Positions 28,285 through 37,732 of a stretch of DNA of 64,000 bases are shown here, piece after piece. The notes beneath the pieces were generated by a model, which worked only from the letters and a program-made list of their open reading frames with translations, ran no database searches and was not told the DNA's origin. Each line of letters starts with the position of its first letter. The first letter of the stretch is position 1. The stretch spans positions 975,385-1,039,384 of the forward strand of contig OZ220470.1 of the NCBI GenBank assembly GCA_965115855.1, given 5' to 3'. The DNA is from Vicinamibacteria bacterium. GTDB taxonomy: Bacteria > Acidobacteriota > Vicinamibacteria > Marinacidobacterales > Marinacidobacteraceae. The position numbers and the translations under genes are program-made.

Positions 28285-28335
28285 CAGGGAAAACGCCGCC
28301 CGGCGCCGATGGTTCCCGCCGAAGCGAACCGGGGG

Positions 28336-28902
28336 TCAGGACCCGAGCGTCGCCTCGTAGGCCACTCCGGCCCAGGAGAAGCGGATCACCCTCGCCGCCA
28401 GCTCGATCGCAAAGACATCCCCGCCGGATGCGCTCCCCGATTCCCGAAGCGGAATGCGGGCGGCCTCGTCCGACTTGATTGCCGCGTACCCGTCGAGCCG
28501 GGGCCACATCGCGGCGCGGCGCGCCTCGGGCGCCTCCGACCAGAGCTCGCCGAGCGGGATGCCCTGGTTTCGGTTGACCAGCAGCGACCACGCCCCCTCC
28601 TCGGGAATGTGGAGGTAGAGGCTGTACCGGCCAGCGGGGATCATCCGGCCGCCGATCAGCAGGTCGGCCGAGGTTTCCAGAATGGTCACCTCGTTTTCAC
28701 CGGCCCGCCACACCCGCTCCTCCGGGAGCATGGCGAAGAGTTCGTCGAGATCCCGGCCGCCGAGGTCGGGGCGGCCGTAGTCCACGCTCACGCTCGCCGA
28801 TCCCACGGCGGTCTTGACGGTTCCGCGCGGCAGCGCGTCCTGCGCGGCGGCGAGGAGGGGAAACCCGAGAAGGGTGGCGGCAAGGAGAATGCGCTTGATC
28901 AT
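28336..28902 (-). CDS. Secreted hypothetical protein (DUF2911-like).
   Basis: Signal peptide MIKRILLAATLLGFPLLAAAQ. About 165-aa mature domain. The family assignment is tentative. Confidence 0.5.
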   Translation of the reverse strand: MIKRILLAATLLGFPLLAAAQDALPRGTVKTAVGSASVSVDYGRPDLGGRDLDELFAMLPEERVWRAGENEVTILETSADLLIGGRMIPAGRYSLYLHIPEEGAWSLLVNRNQGIPLGELWSEAPEARRAAMWPRLDGYAAIKSDEAARIPLRESGSASGGDVFAIELAARVIRFSWAGVAYEATLGS

Positions 28903-28926
28903 GATGAGGCTCCGTGGGAGGGCCGC

Positions 28927-29454
28927 TCAGCCGTGGAGCATGGCGTACACCACAAGTCCGCTGAGCGAGACATAGACCCACACCGGCGCGGCGACCCGCG
29001 CCCAGCGCCGGTGGGTGGAGAACCGCCGGTTCACCGCCAGCAGGGCGGTGGTCAGAACCAGCGGAAGCGCCACCGCCGAGGCGACGATGTGGGTGATGAG
29101 AACGGTGAAGTAGACGGGACGAAGGAGACCTTCGCCGGGGTACGGCGTGTCCCCCTGGAAGTAATGGTAGACCGCGTAGCTCACGAGGAACGAGGCCCCG
29201 ACGGCGAGCGCCGCCCCAAGCAGCCCGATGTGGACGTTCCGCCGCCCGCTCCGGATCGCCAAAACCCCGAGTGAGACGAGGGTGAGAGTGGCCGCATTCA
29301 GCGAAGCGTTCACCCCGGGAAGCGACGCCGTCCACATGGGAACGACCGCCGGAGCCGCCCGCAGGTAGAGCAGCCACATCAGGGCGGCGAACACGACCCC
29401 GCTGACCAGAAAGGCCGAGCGCACCACCCGACGATCCGATTCCGTGCCCGACAT
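28927..29454 (-). CDS. DUF420-family integral membrane protein.
   Basis: Four predicted TM helices and a conserved YHYF motif region, typical of DUF420 proteins of about 170 aa. Confidence 0.55.
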   Translation of the reverse strand: MSGTESDRRVVRSAFLVSGVVFAALMWLLYLRAAPAVVPMWTASLPGVNASLNAATLTLVSLGVLAIRSGRRNVHIGLLGAALAVGASFLVSYAVYHYFQGDTPYPGEGLLRPVYFTVLITHIVASAVALPLVLTTALLAVNRRFSTHRRWARVAAPVWVYVSLSGLVVYAMLHG

Positions 29455-29513
29455 CGACCGGAAGCATAGGCCGGGCGGCCCGGCTTCCCCGGGAGCCCGG
29501 CCGCGCCTCCCTA

Positions 29514-32500
29514 CTATCCGCCGCTCCCGTCGTTTTCGGCGACCGTGACCGTGACGCTGTCAATCGTCACCGAGTCATACCCGCCGCCGCTCGCCCCGTG
29601 CGTCAACACCACGGCTGGATCCGCTGTCGCGTCCTCGTCCTCGTCCGCCGAAACCGTCACCATCTGCGGCGCCCCGTAGTTCGTGCTCGTGAAGGTCAGA
29701 CTCGCCGGAACAACGCGGACGTCGCCGGAGGCCCCAGCCACTGTCACCGTCACATCACCGCCCGCAGGCCGCGAATCCAGATGCACCGTATAACTCCCGC
29801 TGCCGCCTTCGGCCACTGTCAGCGCGGAATCCGAAACCGTCACCCCGGCCGTGTCGTCATCCATGATCGTGCCAGTGGCTTCGAGCCTCTTCTTCCCGCC
29901 CTCGAAGACCACGCGCCTGTCGCTCGTACGGATGTTGTTCAGGCGCAGGGTGAACGTCTCGTCGTCCTCATCCACCTCATCGCCCAGAACCCGCACGGTC
30001 ACCATCTTGGTCAGATCTCGACCGGTAGCATTGGCCGCGAACACCAGATTCTGGTCCCGGAACCCGACAAAGTCCCGCCCAGCGCCTCGCCCCCCCTTGG
30101 CCGTGCCCGGCCGAGCCCACGCCGTCGCCCGAATCTCCACATCGTGGCTCGGGGAACCACTCAACGTAACGGTGAATTCCATGTCGGTCTCGCCCGAATC
30201 CCCCTCGTCAACGGTCACATCCGAAACCGAAATCTCATGGCCGGTCGACTTGGCGGCATCGTCATCCATGATCGTCCCGATGACTTCGAGCCTCTTCCTT
30301 CCGTTCTCGAAGGCCACTAGCGGGTCGCCCGTTCGGATGTTGTTCAAACGCAGGACAAGCGTCTCGTCGTTTTCTTCCACCTCGTCACCCAACACCTTGA
30401 CCGTCACTATTTTGGTCAGGTCCGCCCCGGTCGCATTCGCTGGAAACACCAGATTCCGATCTCGGAACCCGATGAAATCCCGACCGGCCCCTTTGCCACC
30501 CTTGGCGATATCAATGGCGTCCCTGCTCCATGCCGTCGCCCGAATCTCCACATCGTGGCTCGGCGAGTCACTCAGCGTGACCGTGAAGTCCATGTTCGTT
30601 TCGCCCGAATCCCCTTCGTCAACTGTCACATCAGACGCCGATATCAGCGGCCGAATCGGCTCCGGCTCCGGCCCCGGAACCGGCGCGCGAATCAGCACTT
30701 CCAGTGTGTCGGACACCTCACTGTAGCCGTTAGGATTCACGGCGCGGATTTGGATTCCAAGCGTTTCGCCCTGACTTAGTGTGAAATTTCGATAATCGAT
30801 ATAGCACGGGAGTTCGGTGTCAAGGTGCAAAAGATCGGACCAAGGACTCCACTGACCCTGCCAGCTACGATGTCTGATTCGACTTTGCCACTTAGTAATG
30901 CTGGAGTCCTTCGGATCATCCCAATTGACTGTAACACAATCGGGCAAATGTGCATATCCTTGAAACGCTATAAGACCCGTCGGTTTCGCTGGTACAGCAT
31001 TGCCATACTCGATTACCGACACCACAACAGAGTCAATCGTTATCGAGTCATAGCCACCTCCGCTGGCGCTATGCGTCAGCGTCACATCGGGATCCGTAGT
31101 GGTGTCCATGTCGTATTTCGCGAAAACCGTCACAACTTGTTCGGTGGTCCAATTCCCCCGCGTAAAGGTGAGTGATGATTTATCTACTGTCACATCCCCT
31201 GATTCACCACCCACGGTGATCGTCACGGTCCCTGACGGCGCTTGATTCAATTTTATCGTGTAGCTTTCGCTCCCACCCTCGCGCACCGTCAATTCGGACT
31301 CCGAGACCGTCACTCCCGCGGGAGTCGCTCGCGGCGTCGCCATCACTACAACAGAAGGTTCGCTAAATCCATTGGCGTTCACTGCGCGTACTTGATATTT
31401 ATAAGAAGTTCCAGGAGGACCTCCTCTCTCGTTCCAATATGTCTTGAATTGACCTGATGTTTCCACATATATCTCGGACCACTCATCGCATAATTCAAAT
31501 ATCTCATTGAAACACGCTAAGTCATCCCTTTTCTCCCAACGAATAATACTGGAATCCATGGGGTCATCCCAAGTCAGAACGATTCGTCTGCCGTGTACTG
31601 AGGCCTGAACGCCGGTCGGCTTGGCCGGCACAGCGCTCACTATATCGGAGACCGGGCCGCGCCCATTGGCATTTACTGCCCGCACTTGGAATTCGTAATA
31701 TTCTACATTTTGGAGGTCATGACTGTTGATGATCAATATATCTATCTTGCCGCTACTTCGTTGCCAAGACTCCCAATCCGACCCTTGAATTCTGAGCCGA
31801 TACTCCATAGCAACAATGTTCGAATTGTCCATAGAATCATACTTCAATCTGATATGCCATCCCATTATGGTTGCCGTTAGACGTGTTGGCTTTGCCGGCA
31901 CTCCTCCAGATGACTCCATGGGGACCGCAGTCACAACATCGGAAGCCAAACCGGCACCGTGAATATTCACCGCACGTACTTGAAATACGTAGACAATTCC
32001 GTTCGTCAGATCAATAACCGTGTGATTGCCATGGGAACCGGATTCGCGGATGTCCTTCCATCTCTTGTTTGCCAAACCCTCTTCCTGTGGCGCACTCCGC
32101 ACTTGCCATCCAACGATATTGGCATCGAATAAACCCTCGCCGATGATCGGGCCACTCCAGAACAAACCAACGCGCGAATCACCGGCTTCCGCCGTAAAAT
32201 GCAACGGCTTGCCAGGAGTCGGCGTCCGTGTAGGCACTGCCGAGACTACGTCCGACGCCGGACCAACACCGTAAATGTTCCTGGCACGCACTTGAAATAC
32301 ATAGCTTGTTCCGTTCGTCAGGCCGGTAACGTTGTAGTTGCTGGGAGCGTAATCGGTACGATCAAAATTCAAATCTTGCCAGCTTTTGCTTGTCACGCCT
32401 TCCGCTTGAGACGCCATCCGAATCTGCCACGTTGCATCTCTTTCTCTTAAAATGGGGTTCCAGGTCAACACTACCGAACCATCACGTGGCGCGGCGGTAA

Positions 32501-33755
32501 ATCCTGTCGGCTTGGACGGTGGCTTTCCTTCTGACAGAAATGGCGTGGCGGCAACAACATCCGAGGCCACGCCCGCACCGTTGGCGTTCACAGCGCGTAC
32601 CTGAAAAACAAGCAGCATACCGACTTCCCTACTGAAATCGTAGGGGGCTGTGCCGTAAGATGTTATATCGGACCTGACATTCCACCATTCCTGAGAACTC
32701 AAATTTTCGTTCTCCTGAAATGCCCACCTCATCTGCCATCCGGTTATGCTGGGATCCTTTGGGTCGTCCCAAGTCACCACTATAGTTCCACCCCGGCTGG
32801 CGGTAACAGCGACGCCCTTCGGCTTGCCAGGAGTTGGCGCAAGCATCGGGGTCACGATCACTTCGTCCGAAGCGGCACTTGAAGTATTACCTTTCATCGC
32901 CCGAATTTTGAATCCGTATGCCGTACCGTTCGCCAAGTTGGTTATCGTGTGACTGGACGTGGATGCACTCGATCCCGCAATGTCGGTCCAATCGCCGTAA
33001 TTGCTGTTTCCGGACTTCATTTGATACTGCCAACCAGTGATGCTGGCATTTACCGATTCGTCCCAGTTCAGGGTTGTCTGTCGATCTCCTGCGACGGCGA
33101 CGAGACCCATAGGAGCGCCGGGAGCGCCGTCGTCGTCGACGATAGTCAAGGTGATGGTTCCGGCGGTCCACATCGTGGCTTGGACCGAGTTGTTCGGAAT
33201 GGCCTTGAATGTGAGAGTCTCGTCACGTTCGTCTTCCGCGTCACCGAGGACACTGAATTGGAACGTGGCAGTCCTTTCGCCGCTGCTGATCGTGGCAACA
33301 GCGCCATTGGGCCAACACATGTCGGCACCCGAGGGAGCCGGACTGCTGCAGCCACTGGCGGTCATGGTCTCGTTGAATGTTCCCGTGCTCTCAGCAGCAA
33401 CTGGTTCCATCTTGACATCAAAACTGCCGTCTGCCGCGTCGCCAAGCATTACGGTGATGGCGATATCGGTCCTTTCCGAGTCCCCCTCCGTGAACGACGT
33501 TATCCCAGATGAAAGCGTGATGATCTTGCCCGCGATACCCTGAGCCGCGATGGCGACCGGCCCGTCGGGAGATGCTCCCGGTGCAGAAGGAGTGGCCGGA
33601 GCGGGAGTGACACGAGGCGATGACGGCGTAGTGGGATTGGAAGACCCGCAACCGCTCACTCCGAGCAGGACGGCGATGCCAAGCGCAATTCCTACATAGC
33701 CAAGATGCCGATCAAATCGAACGCAAGCGCTAACGGGAGTAGTATGGATTTTCAT
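29514..33755 (-). CDS. Giant surface lipoprotein (about 1413 aa, paralog B). It has a Calx-beta-like N-terminal domain, at least 8 fibronectin type III domains, two Calx-beta domains and a conserved C-terminal beta-domain. Its central third has only about 50% GC.
   Basis: Start at MKIHTTPVSA with lipobox LLGVSGCGSS. Repeated FN3 signatures (W..R.......W......YxFQVRAVN). Calx-beta motifs (VTVDEGDSGETxMxFTVTLS..DETLVLRLNNIRT). N- and C-terminal blocks are near-identical in architecture to the 15258..17171 protein. Confidence 0.8.
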   Translation of the reverse strand: MKIHTTPVSACVRFDRHLGYVGIALGIAVLLGVSGCGSSNPTTPSSPRVTPAPATPSAPGASPDGPVAIAAQGIAGKIITLSSGITSFTEGDSERTDIAITVMLGDAADGSFDVKMEPVAAESTGTFNETMTASGCSSPAPSGADMCWPNGAVATISSGERTATFQFSVLGDAEDERDETLTFKAIPNNSVQATMWTAGTITLTIVDDDGAPGAPMGLVAVAGDRQTTLNWDESVNASITGWQYQMKSGNSNYGDWTDIAGSSASTSSHTITNLANGTAYGFKIRAMKGNTSSAASDEVIVTPMLAPTPGKPKGVAVTASRGGTIVVTWDDPKDPSITGWQMRWAFQENENLSSQEWWNVRSDITSYGTAPYDFSREVGMLLVFQVRAVNANGAGVASDVVAATPFLSEGKPPSKPTGFTAAPRDGSVVLTWNPILRERDATWQIRMASQAEGVTSKSWQDLNFDRTDYAPSNYNVTGLTNGTSYVFQVRARNIYGVGPASDVVSAVPTRTPTPGKPLHFTAEAGDSRVGLFWSGPIIGEGLFDANIVGWQVRSAPQEEGLANKRWKDIRESGSHGNHTVIDLTNGIVYVFQVRAVNIHGAGLASDVVTAVPMESSGGVPAKPTRLTATIMGWHIRLKYDSMDNSNIVAMEYRLRIQGSDWESWQRSSGKIDILIINSHDLQNVEYYEFQVRAVNANGRGPVSDIVSAVPAKPTGVQASVHGRRIVLTWDDPMDSSIIRWEKRDDLACFNEIFELCDEWSEIYVETSGQFKTYWNERGGPPGTSYKYQVRAVNANGFSEPSVVVMATPRATPAGVTVSESELTVREGGSESYTIKLNQAPSGTVTITVGGESGDVTVDKSSLTFTRGNWTTEQVVTVFAKYDMDTTTDPDVTLTHSASGGGYDSITIDSVVVSVIEYGNAVPAKPTGLIAFQGYAHLPDCVTVNWDDPKDSSITKWQSRIRHRSWQGQWSPWSDLLHLDTELPCYIDYRNFTLSQGETLGIQIRAVNPNGYSEVSDTLEVLIRAPVPGPEPEPIRPLISASDVTVDEGDSGETNMDFTVTLSDSPSHDVEIRATAWSRDAIDIAKGGKGAGRDFIGFRDRNLVFPANATGADLTKIVTVKVLGDEVEENDETLVLRLNNIRTGDPLVAFENGRKRLEVIGTIMDDDAAKSTGHEISVSDVTVDEGDSGETDMEFTVTLSGSPSHDVEIRATAWARPGTAKGGRGAGRDFVGFRDQNLVFAANATGRDLTKMVTVRVLGDEVDEDDETFTLRLNNIRTSDRRVVFEGGKKRLEATGTIMDDDTAGVTVSDSALTVAEGGSGSYTVHLDSRPAGGDVTVTVAGASGDVRVVPASLTFTSTNYGAPQMVTVSADEDEDATADPAVVLTHGASGGGYDSVTIDSVTVTVAENDGSGG

Positions 33756-34295
33756 AGATAGAGATGGCCTTTCGGGCGGAACTTCGGGAGGAGAGTGCAG
33801 TATCGGCGAGTGGATTCCGGCGATAAAACCAAGGAATTCCAACGCATTGAGTGTAGTCACCCAGAATGTCAGTTCTGACATTAATCGCATCATTTTTCGG
33901 CGCACGCGCTGCGAACAAAAGGTGACAACCGCTCGATTGGTGGATCGGCGCAGTGGTCGCGCCTGGTCCACGCAGGCGCCAGTGATCGCGGTGTTCACCG
34001 ATTCCGACTTTTCGGTTATCCCAAGTACGACGAACCGTGATCTCCGGAAACTCGGCGCCCGGACGGTCGAGGGGGGCACTACCGGATCGGTTCGACCGAA
34101 CGAGCTCGATTCATGGCTTGCGGACGCGGGCGAAAGCCCCGGTTCCCCCGGGCCGAACACTCTGCTCTTCGGGCGGCGCGGTAGCGGCGATGCGACCTCA
34201 ACTACCGCGGTCCGTCGTTGGGGGTCGCGGAGAGCGCCACCCCAGGGACGGCGGCGCGCTAGCTAACGGTTACCGCTTCCGCTTGGTGTGATAAT

Positions 34296-34772
34296 ATGTC
34301 GCATACTATGCAGAACCGGGGCGGCGGCCATGCGGAGCGGCGGGGGGCGCTGCGGCGGTTGCTGGCGGAGCGGCGGCTGGCGACGCAGGCCGAGGTGATC
34401 GCGGCGCTGGCCGAGGACGGGTTTCCGGTGACGCAGCCGGCGGTGAGCCGGGATCTCCGGGAACTCGGCGCCCGCAAGGTGGAAGGGCGGTACCGGATCG
34501 GACCGACCGAATGGTCGCGGTTTATGGGTCTCGGCGCCCTCGTGGAGGCGCTGGTTCCCGCGGGGCCGAACATCCTCGTCATTCGGACGGCTCCCGGCGG
34601 GGCGCAGCGGGCGGGCCATGCCCTCGACAACGCCGGATGGCAGGAAATCGCCGGCACGGTCGCGGGCGACGACACCGTGTTCGTCGCCAGCCGGAGCGCC
34701 GCCGACCAGAACCGGCTGCTGGAGCGGCTGCGGAAAGCCCTCTCCAGCGAAAGCGAGAAGGTCCCGGCATGA
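34296..34772 (+). CDS. argR: Arginine repressor.
   Basis: N-terminal winged helix (LATQAEVIAALAEDGFPVTQPAVSRDLRELG) and C-terminal oligomerisation domain with GTVAGDDTVFV. Its stop overlaps the argC start (ATGA). Confidence 0.85.
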   Translation: MSHTMQNRGGGHAERRGALRRLLAERRLATQAEVIAALAEDGFPVTQPAVSRDLRELGARKVEGRYRIGPTEWSRFMGLGALVEALVPAGPNILVIRTAPGGAQRAGHALDNAGWQEIAGTVAGDDTVFVASRSAADQNRLLERLRKALSSESEKVPA

Positions 34773-35845
34773 CCGGACGCGAATCCCCTGCCCCTTCCGT
34801 CCTGGCGGTCGTCCTTGGCGCGTCCGGCTATGTGGCGGGAGAGATGCTCCGCTGGATCGCTTTGCACCCCGGCATCGGACTCGGCGCGGCGGTGTCCTCG
34901 AGTCATGCAGGGGGAGCGCTGGCGGACTCCTTCCCCAACCTCGGCGCCGCCTTTCCCGTCGAGCGGTTTCTCGCGCCCGGGGAACTGGCCGGATGGCTTC
35001 GGAACGCATCGGGAGAGGCGGAACGGGTGGTCGCCTTCTCGGCGGCGCCGCATACCCGGTCGGCGCCGCAAATCCGCGACCTACTGGAGATGACCGAGCG
35101 GCTCGGACTCCGGGTTCCGGTGGTGGATCTCTCGGCGGACTTCCGCCACCGGGATCCCGAGGTCTACAAGGCCATCTACGGCGTCCCCCATCCGGCTCCG
35201 GAACTTCTGTCCGGGTTCGTCTGCGGTCTTCCGGAGCGGATTTCCGGGACGCCGTCGGAACGCATCGCCCATCCGGGGTGCTTTGCGACCGCGGTGGCGC
35301 TTGCCGCGTGGCCGCTCCGCCGGGCGGGGGTCATCGGGCCCGAAATCCAGGTCGCCGCGATCACCGGCAGCACCGGATCGGGCGGCGCTCCGAAACCCAC
35401 CACCCACCACCCCGAACGCCACGCCAACCTCTTCGCCTACAAGCCGCTGGCCCATCGGCACGCGCCGGAGATGGAGAACCTGATCGGCGACGCCCGGGAA
35501 CCGGTCCGGGTTCGTTTCGTGCCCCACTCCGGGCCGTTCGCCCGGGGCATCCACGCCACCCTGTTCGCGGAACGACGGGACGGGGCCGACGTGGAGGCGA
35601 CCCTCGCCGCGTGCTACCGCGACCAGCCGCTGATCCGGGTGACCGGCGCTCCGAAGCTGAAGGAAGTCGTGGGTTCGGCCTCCACCGTCGTCGGGGGATG
35701 CGCGGAGGGGAACACCGCAGTGGCCTTCGCCGCACTCGACAACTTGGGAAAGGGCGCCGCCAGCGGCGGGATGCAGTGGATGAACCGCATCCTCGGCCTT
35801 CCCGACGAAACCGGCCTGACCGCACCGGCGGCCTCGTGGCTCTGA
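34769..35845 (+). CDS. argC: N-acetyl-gamma-glutamyl-phosphate reductase.
   Basis: NAD-binding GASGYVAGE. Catalytic Cys motif PGCFATA. Typical ArgC length (358 aa). Confidence 0.9.
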   Translation: MTGRESPAPSVLAVVLGASGYVAGEMLRWIALHPGIGLGAAVSSSHAGGALADSFPNLGAAFPVERFLAPGELAGWLRNASGEAERVVAFSAAPHTRSAPQIRDLLEMTERLGLRVPVVDLSADFRHRDPEVYKAIYGVPHPAPELLSGFVCGLPERISGTPSERIAHPGCFATAVALAAWPLRRAGVIGPEIQVAAITGSTGSGGAPKPTTHHPERHANLFAYKPLAHRHAPEMENLIGDAREPVRVRFVPHSGPFARGIHATLFAERRDGADVEATLAACYRDQPLIRVTGAPKLKEVVGSASTVVGGCAEGNTAVAFAALDNLGKGAASGGMQWMNRILGLPDETGLTAPAASWL

Positions 35846-36586
35846 TCCGCCCGGAGCGGCGCCGGAACACCCTGCGGAAACAGCCGGCCGGCGCCTTGGG
35901 CACGGAAACGGTGCCCACGCTCTTCGAGCCTGCGAAGCCCCGGCGGAAACGGTGGGCCCGCGCCCGGTCCGGCTGGTTGGCCACCGGGAAGGTGTTGTGG
36001 CTCGCGGAGTCGGTGTAATGCATGTTCACGGCGCGGAGATCGAACCGGTTCCGATCGGTGATCGGAAAACGGGCGCCCGCGAACCCGCAGACCGCCCTCA
36101 TGCCGATCCGGAGCATGTTCGGTGCAACCTGGCTCTCGATCCCGCCGAAAGCGGCGGGTTTCCCGGTGGCGACCGCCCGACGGAAAGGGGCGGACACCAC
36201 CGGAAACAGAGATTGCCCGGGAATGGCAGTGCTCCTGGATCCCGCGCTTTCCCCGGTCCCATCGTCTTCGGCGTCGCCTCCGTCGAACCGGGCGCAGGGC
36301 CTACTGGCGGTGACCAGGCGGAACGGACCGTGGTTCTTGAAGTTCGGCCCGGAGCGGCGGCGCCAAACGCCGGAAGCACCGTCAGCACCGCGGCGGGACG
36401 TGGCGCAGCAAGAAACAGGCGGCGGACCGGCTCGGGAGCGGATCGAATCATGAGCGCCATGCCTGGTGGCGTCGCCCTCCGTGAGGGGATCCCGGCGCGC
36501 CGGGCGTTATCCGCCAATCGACAGGCATCCACCGCGGCAAGCGAACCCGCGCCGAAACTCCCGCATCCCGGTCCCGGAGGCACGCC

Positions 36587-37732
36587 TTGACCGCCGAATC
36601 CCCCCATCTGTTTCCGGTCTACGCCCAGCTCCCGGTCCGCATCGCCCGGGGAGACGGCGTGACCCTCACCACCGACACCGGCCGGACCCTGCTGGACTTC
36701 TACGGCGGACACGCGGTTGCCGGTCTCGGATACGGACACCCGGCGGTGCTGGCCGCGCTCCGGGAGTCGGCGGAACAACTCCTCTTCCAGACCAATGCAG
36801 TCCCGAGCGCCCGCCGGGCGGCGGCGGCGGCGGCGCTGGCCGGATTCGCTCCGGACGGACTCGACCGGGTCTTCTTCGTGAACAGCGGCGCCGAAGCCAA
36901 CGAGAACGCCCTCCGACTGGCGTTCCGAAAGCGCCCCGAACGCGACACGGTGGTGGTCGCAAGCGGCGGGTTCCACGGACGCACGGCGGCAGCCGCTGCC
37001 GCCACCGCCGGTTCGGAGCGATGGTACGGGTTCCCGCGGACGCCCTTCGAGACGCGAACGGTGGCGCGCGACGATCCGGGCGCGCTCGCCGAAGCGGTGG
37101 ACGAGCGGGTCGCCGCGGTGCTGCTGGAGCCGGTGCAGGGGATGGCGGGCGCCATCGTGCTCGGCCACGATTTCCTCCGGACGGCGCGCGAGGCATGCGA
37201 CCGGACCGGAGCGCTGCTGATCTTCGACGAGGTGCAGTGCGGCATGGGCCGGAGCGGCAAGCCCTTCGCGTGCGACTGGCCGGGAGTGCGGCCCGACCTG
37301 CTGACGACCGCCAAGGCGGTCGCCGCCGGGTTTCCTGCGGGAGCGGTGCTTGCCACCGAAGCGGTGGCCGGCAACCTTCCGGTGGGGGCGCTCGGCACCA
37401 CGTTCGGAGGAGGCCCGGTCGCCGCGGCGCTGGTGGTCGCGGTGATCGAGACCATCCTGCGCGAACGGCTGCTCCCCGAAGTGGTGCGGCTTTCCGAGCG
37501 GATCCGCGCCGAAGCTCCCGGCGGGGTGGTGGAAGCGGTCCAGGGTCGAGGATTCCTGTTGGGCCTCCGGTGCTCCCGCCCGGCGCGCGAGGTGCGGGAT
37601 TGGCTGCTCGAGCGGGGCATTCTCGCCGGAACCTCGACCGACCCCGCAGTCCTGCGGCTGCTTCCCCCGCTGGTGCTGCGCGACGAACATGTGGACCGAC
37701 TGCTGACCGAACTTCGGGAGATCGAGCGGTGA
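36587..37732 (+). CDS. argD: Acetylornithine aminotransferase (class III PLP).
   Basis: Class-III aminotransferase motifs (FDEVQCGMGRSGKPFA, TTAKAVAAGFP). Non-ATG start as given in the ORF track. Confidence 0.9.
   Translation: MTAESPHLFPVYAQLPVRIARGDGVTLTTDTGRTLLDFYGGHAVAGLGYGHPAVLAALRESAEQLLFQTNAVPSARRAAAAAALAGFAPDGLDRVFFVNSGAEANENALRLAFRKRPERDTVVVASGGFHGRTAAAAAATAGSERWYGFPRTPFETRTVARDDPGALAEAVDERVAAVLLEPVQGMAGAIVLGHDFLRTAREACDRTGALLIFDEVQCGMGRSGKPFACDWPGVRPDLLTTAKAVAAGFPAGAVLATEAVAGNLPVGALGTTFGGGPVAAALVVAVIETILRERLLPEVVRLSERIRAEAPGGVVEAVQGRGFLLGLRCSRPAREVRDWLLERGILAGTSTDPAVLRLLPPLVLRDEHVDRLLTELREIER

Noticed and set aside
35361-36200. 279-aa minus-strand ORF whose first about 115 codons lie in the argC-argD gap.
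   Set aside because: The remainder of the ORF is antisense to argC. There is no domain, and the start context is poor. It is retained only as part of the unexplained-gap finding.
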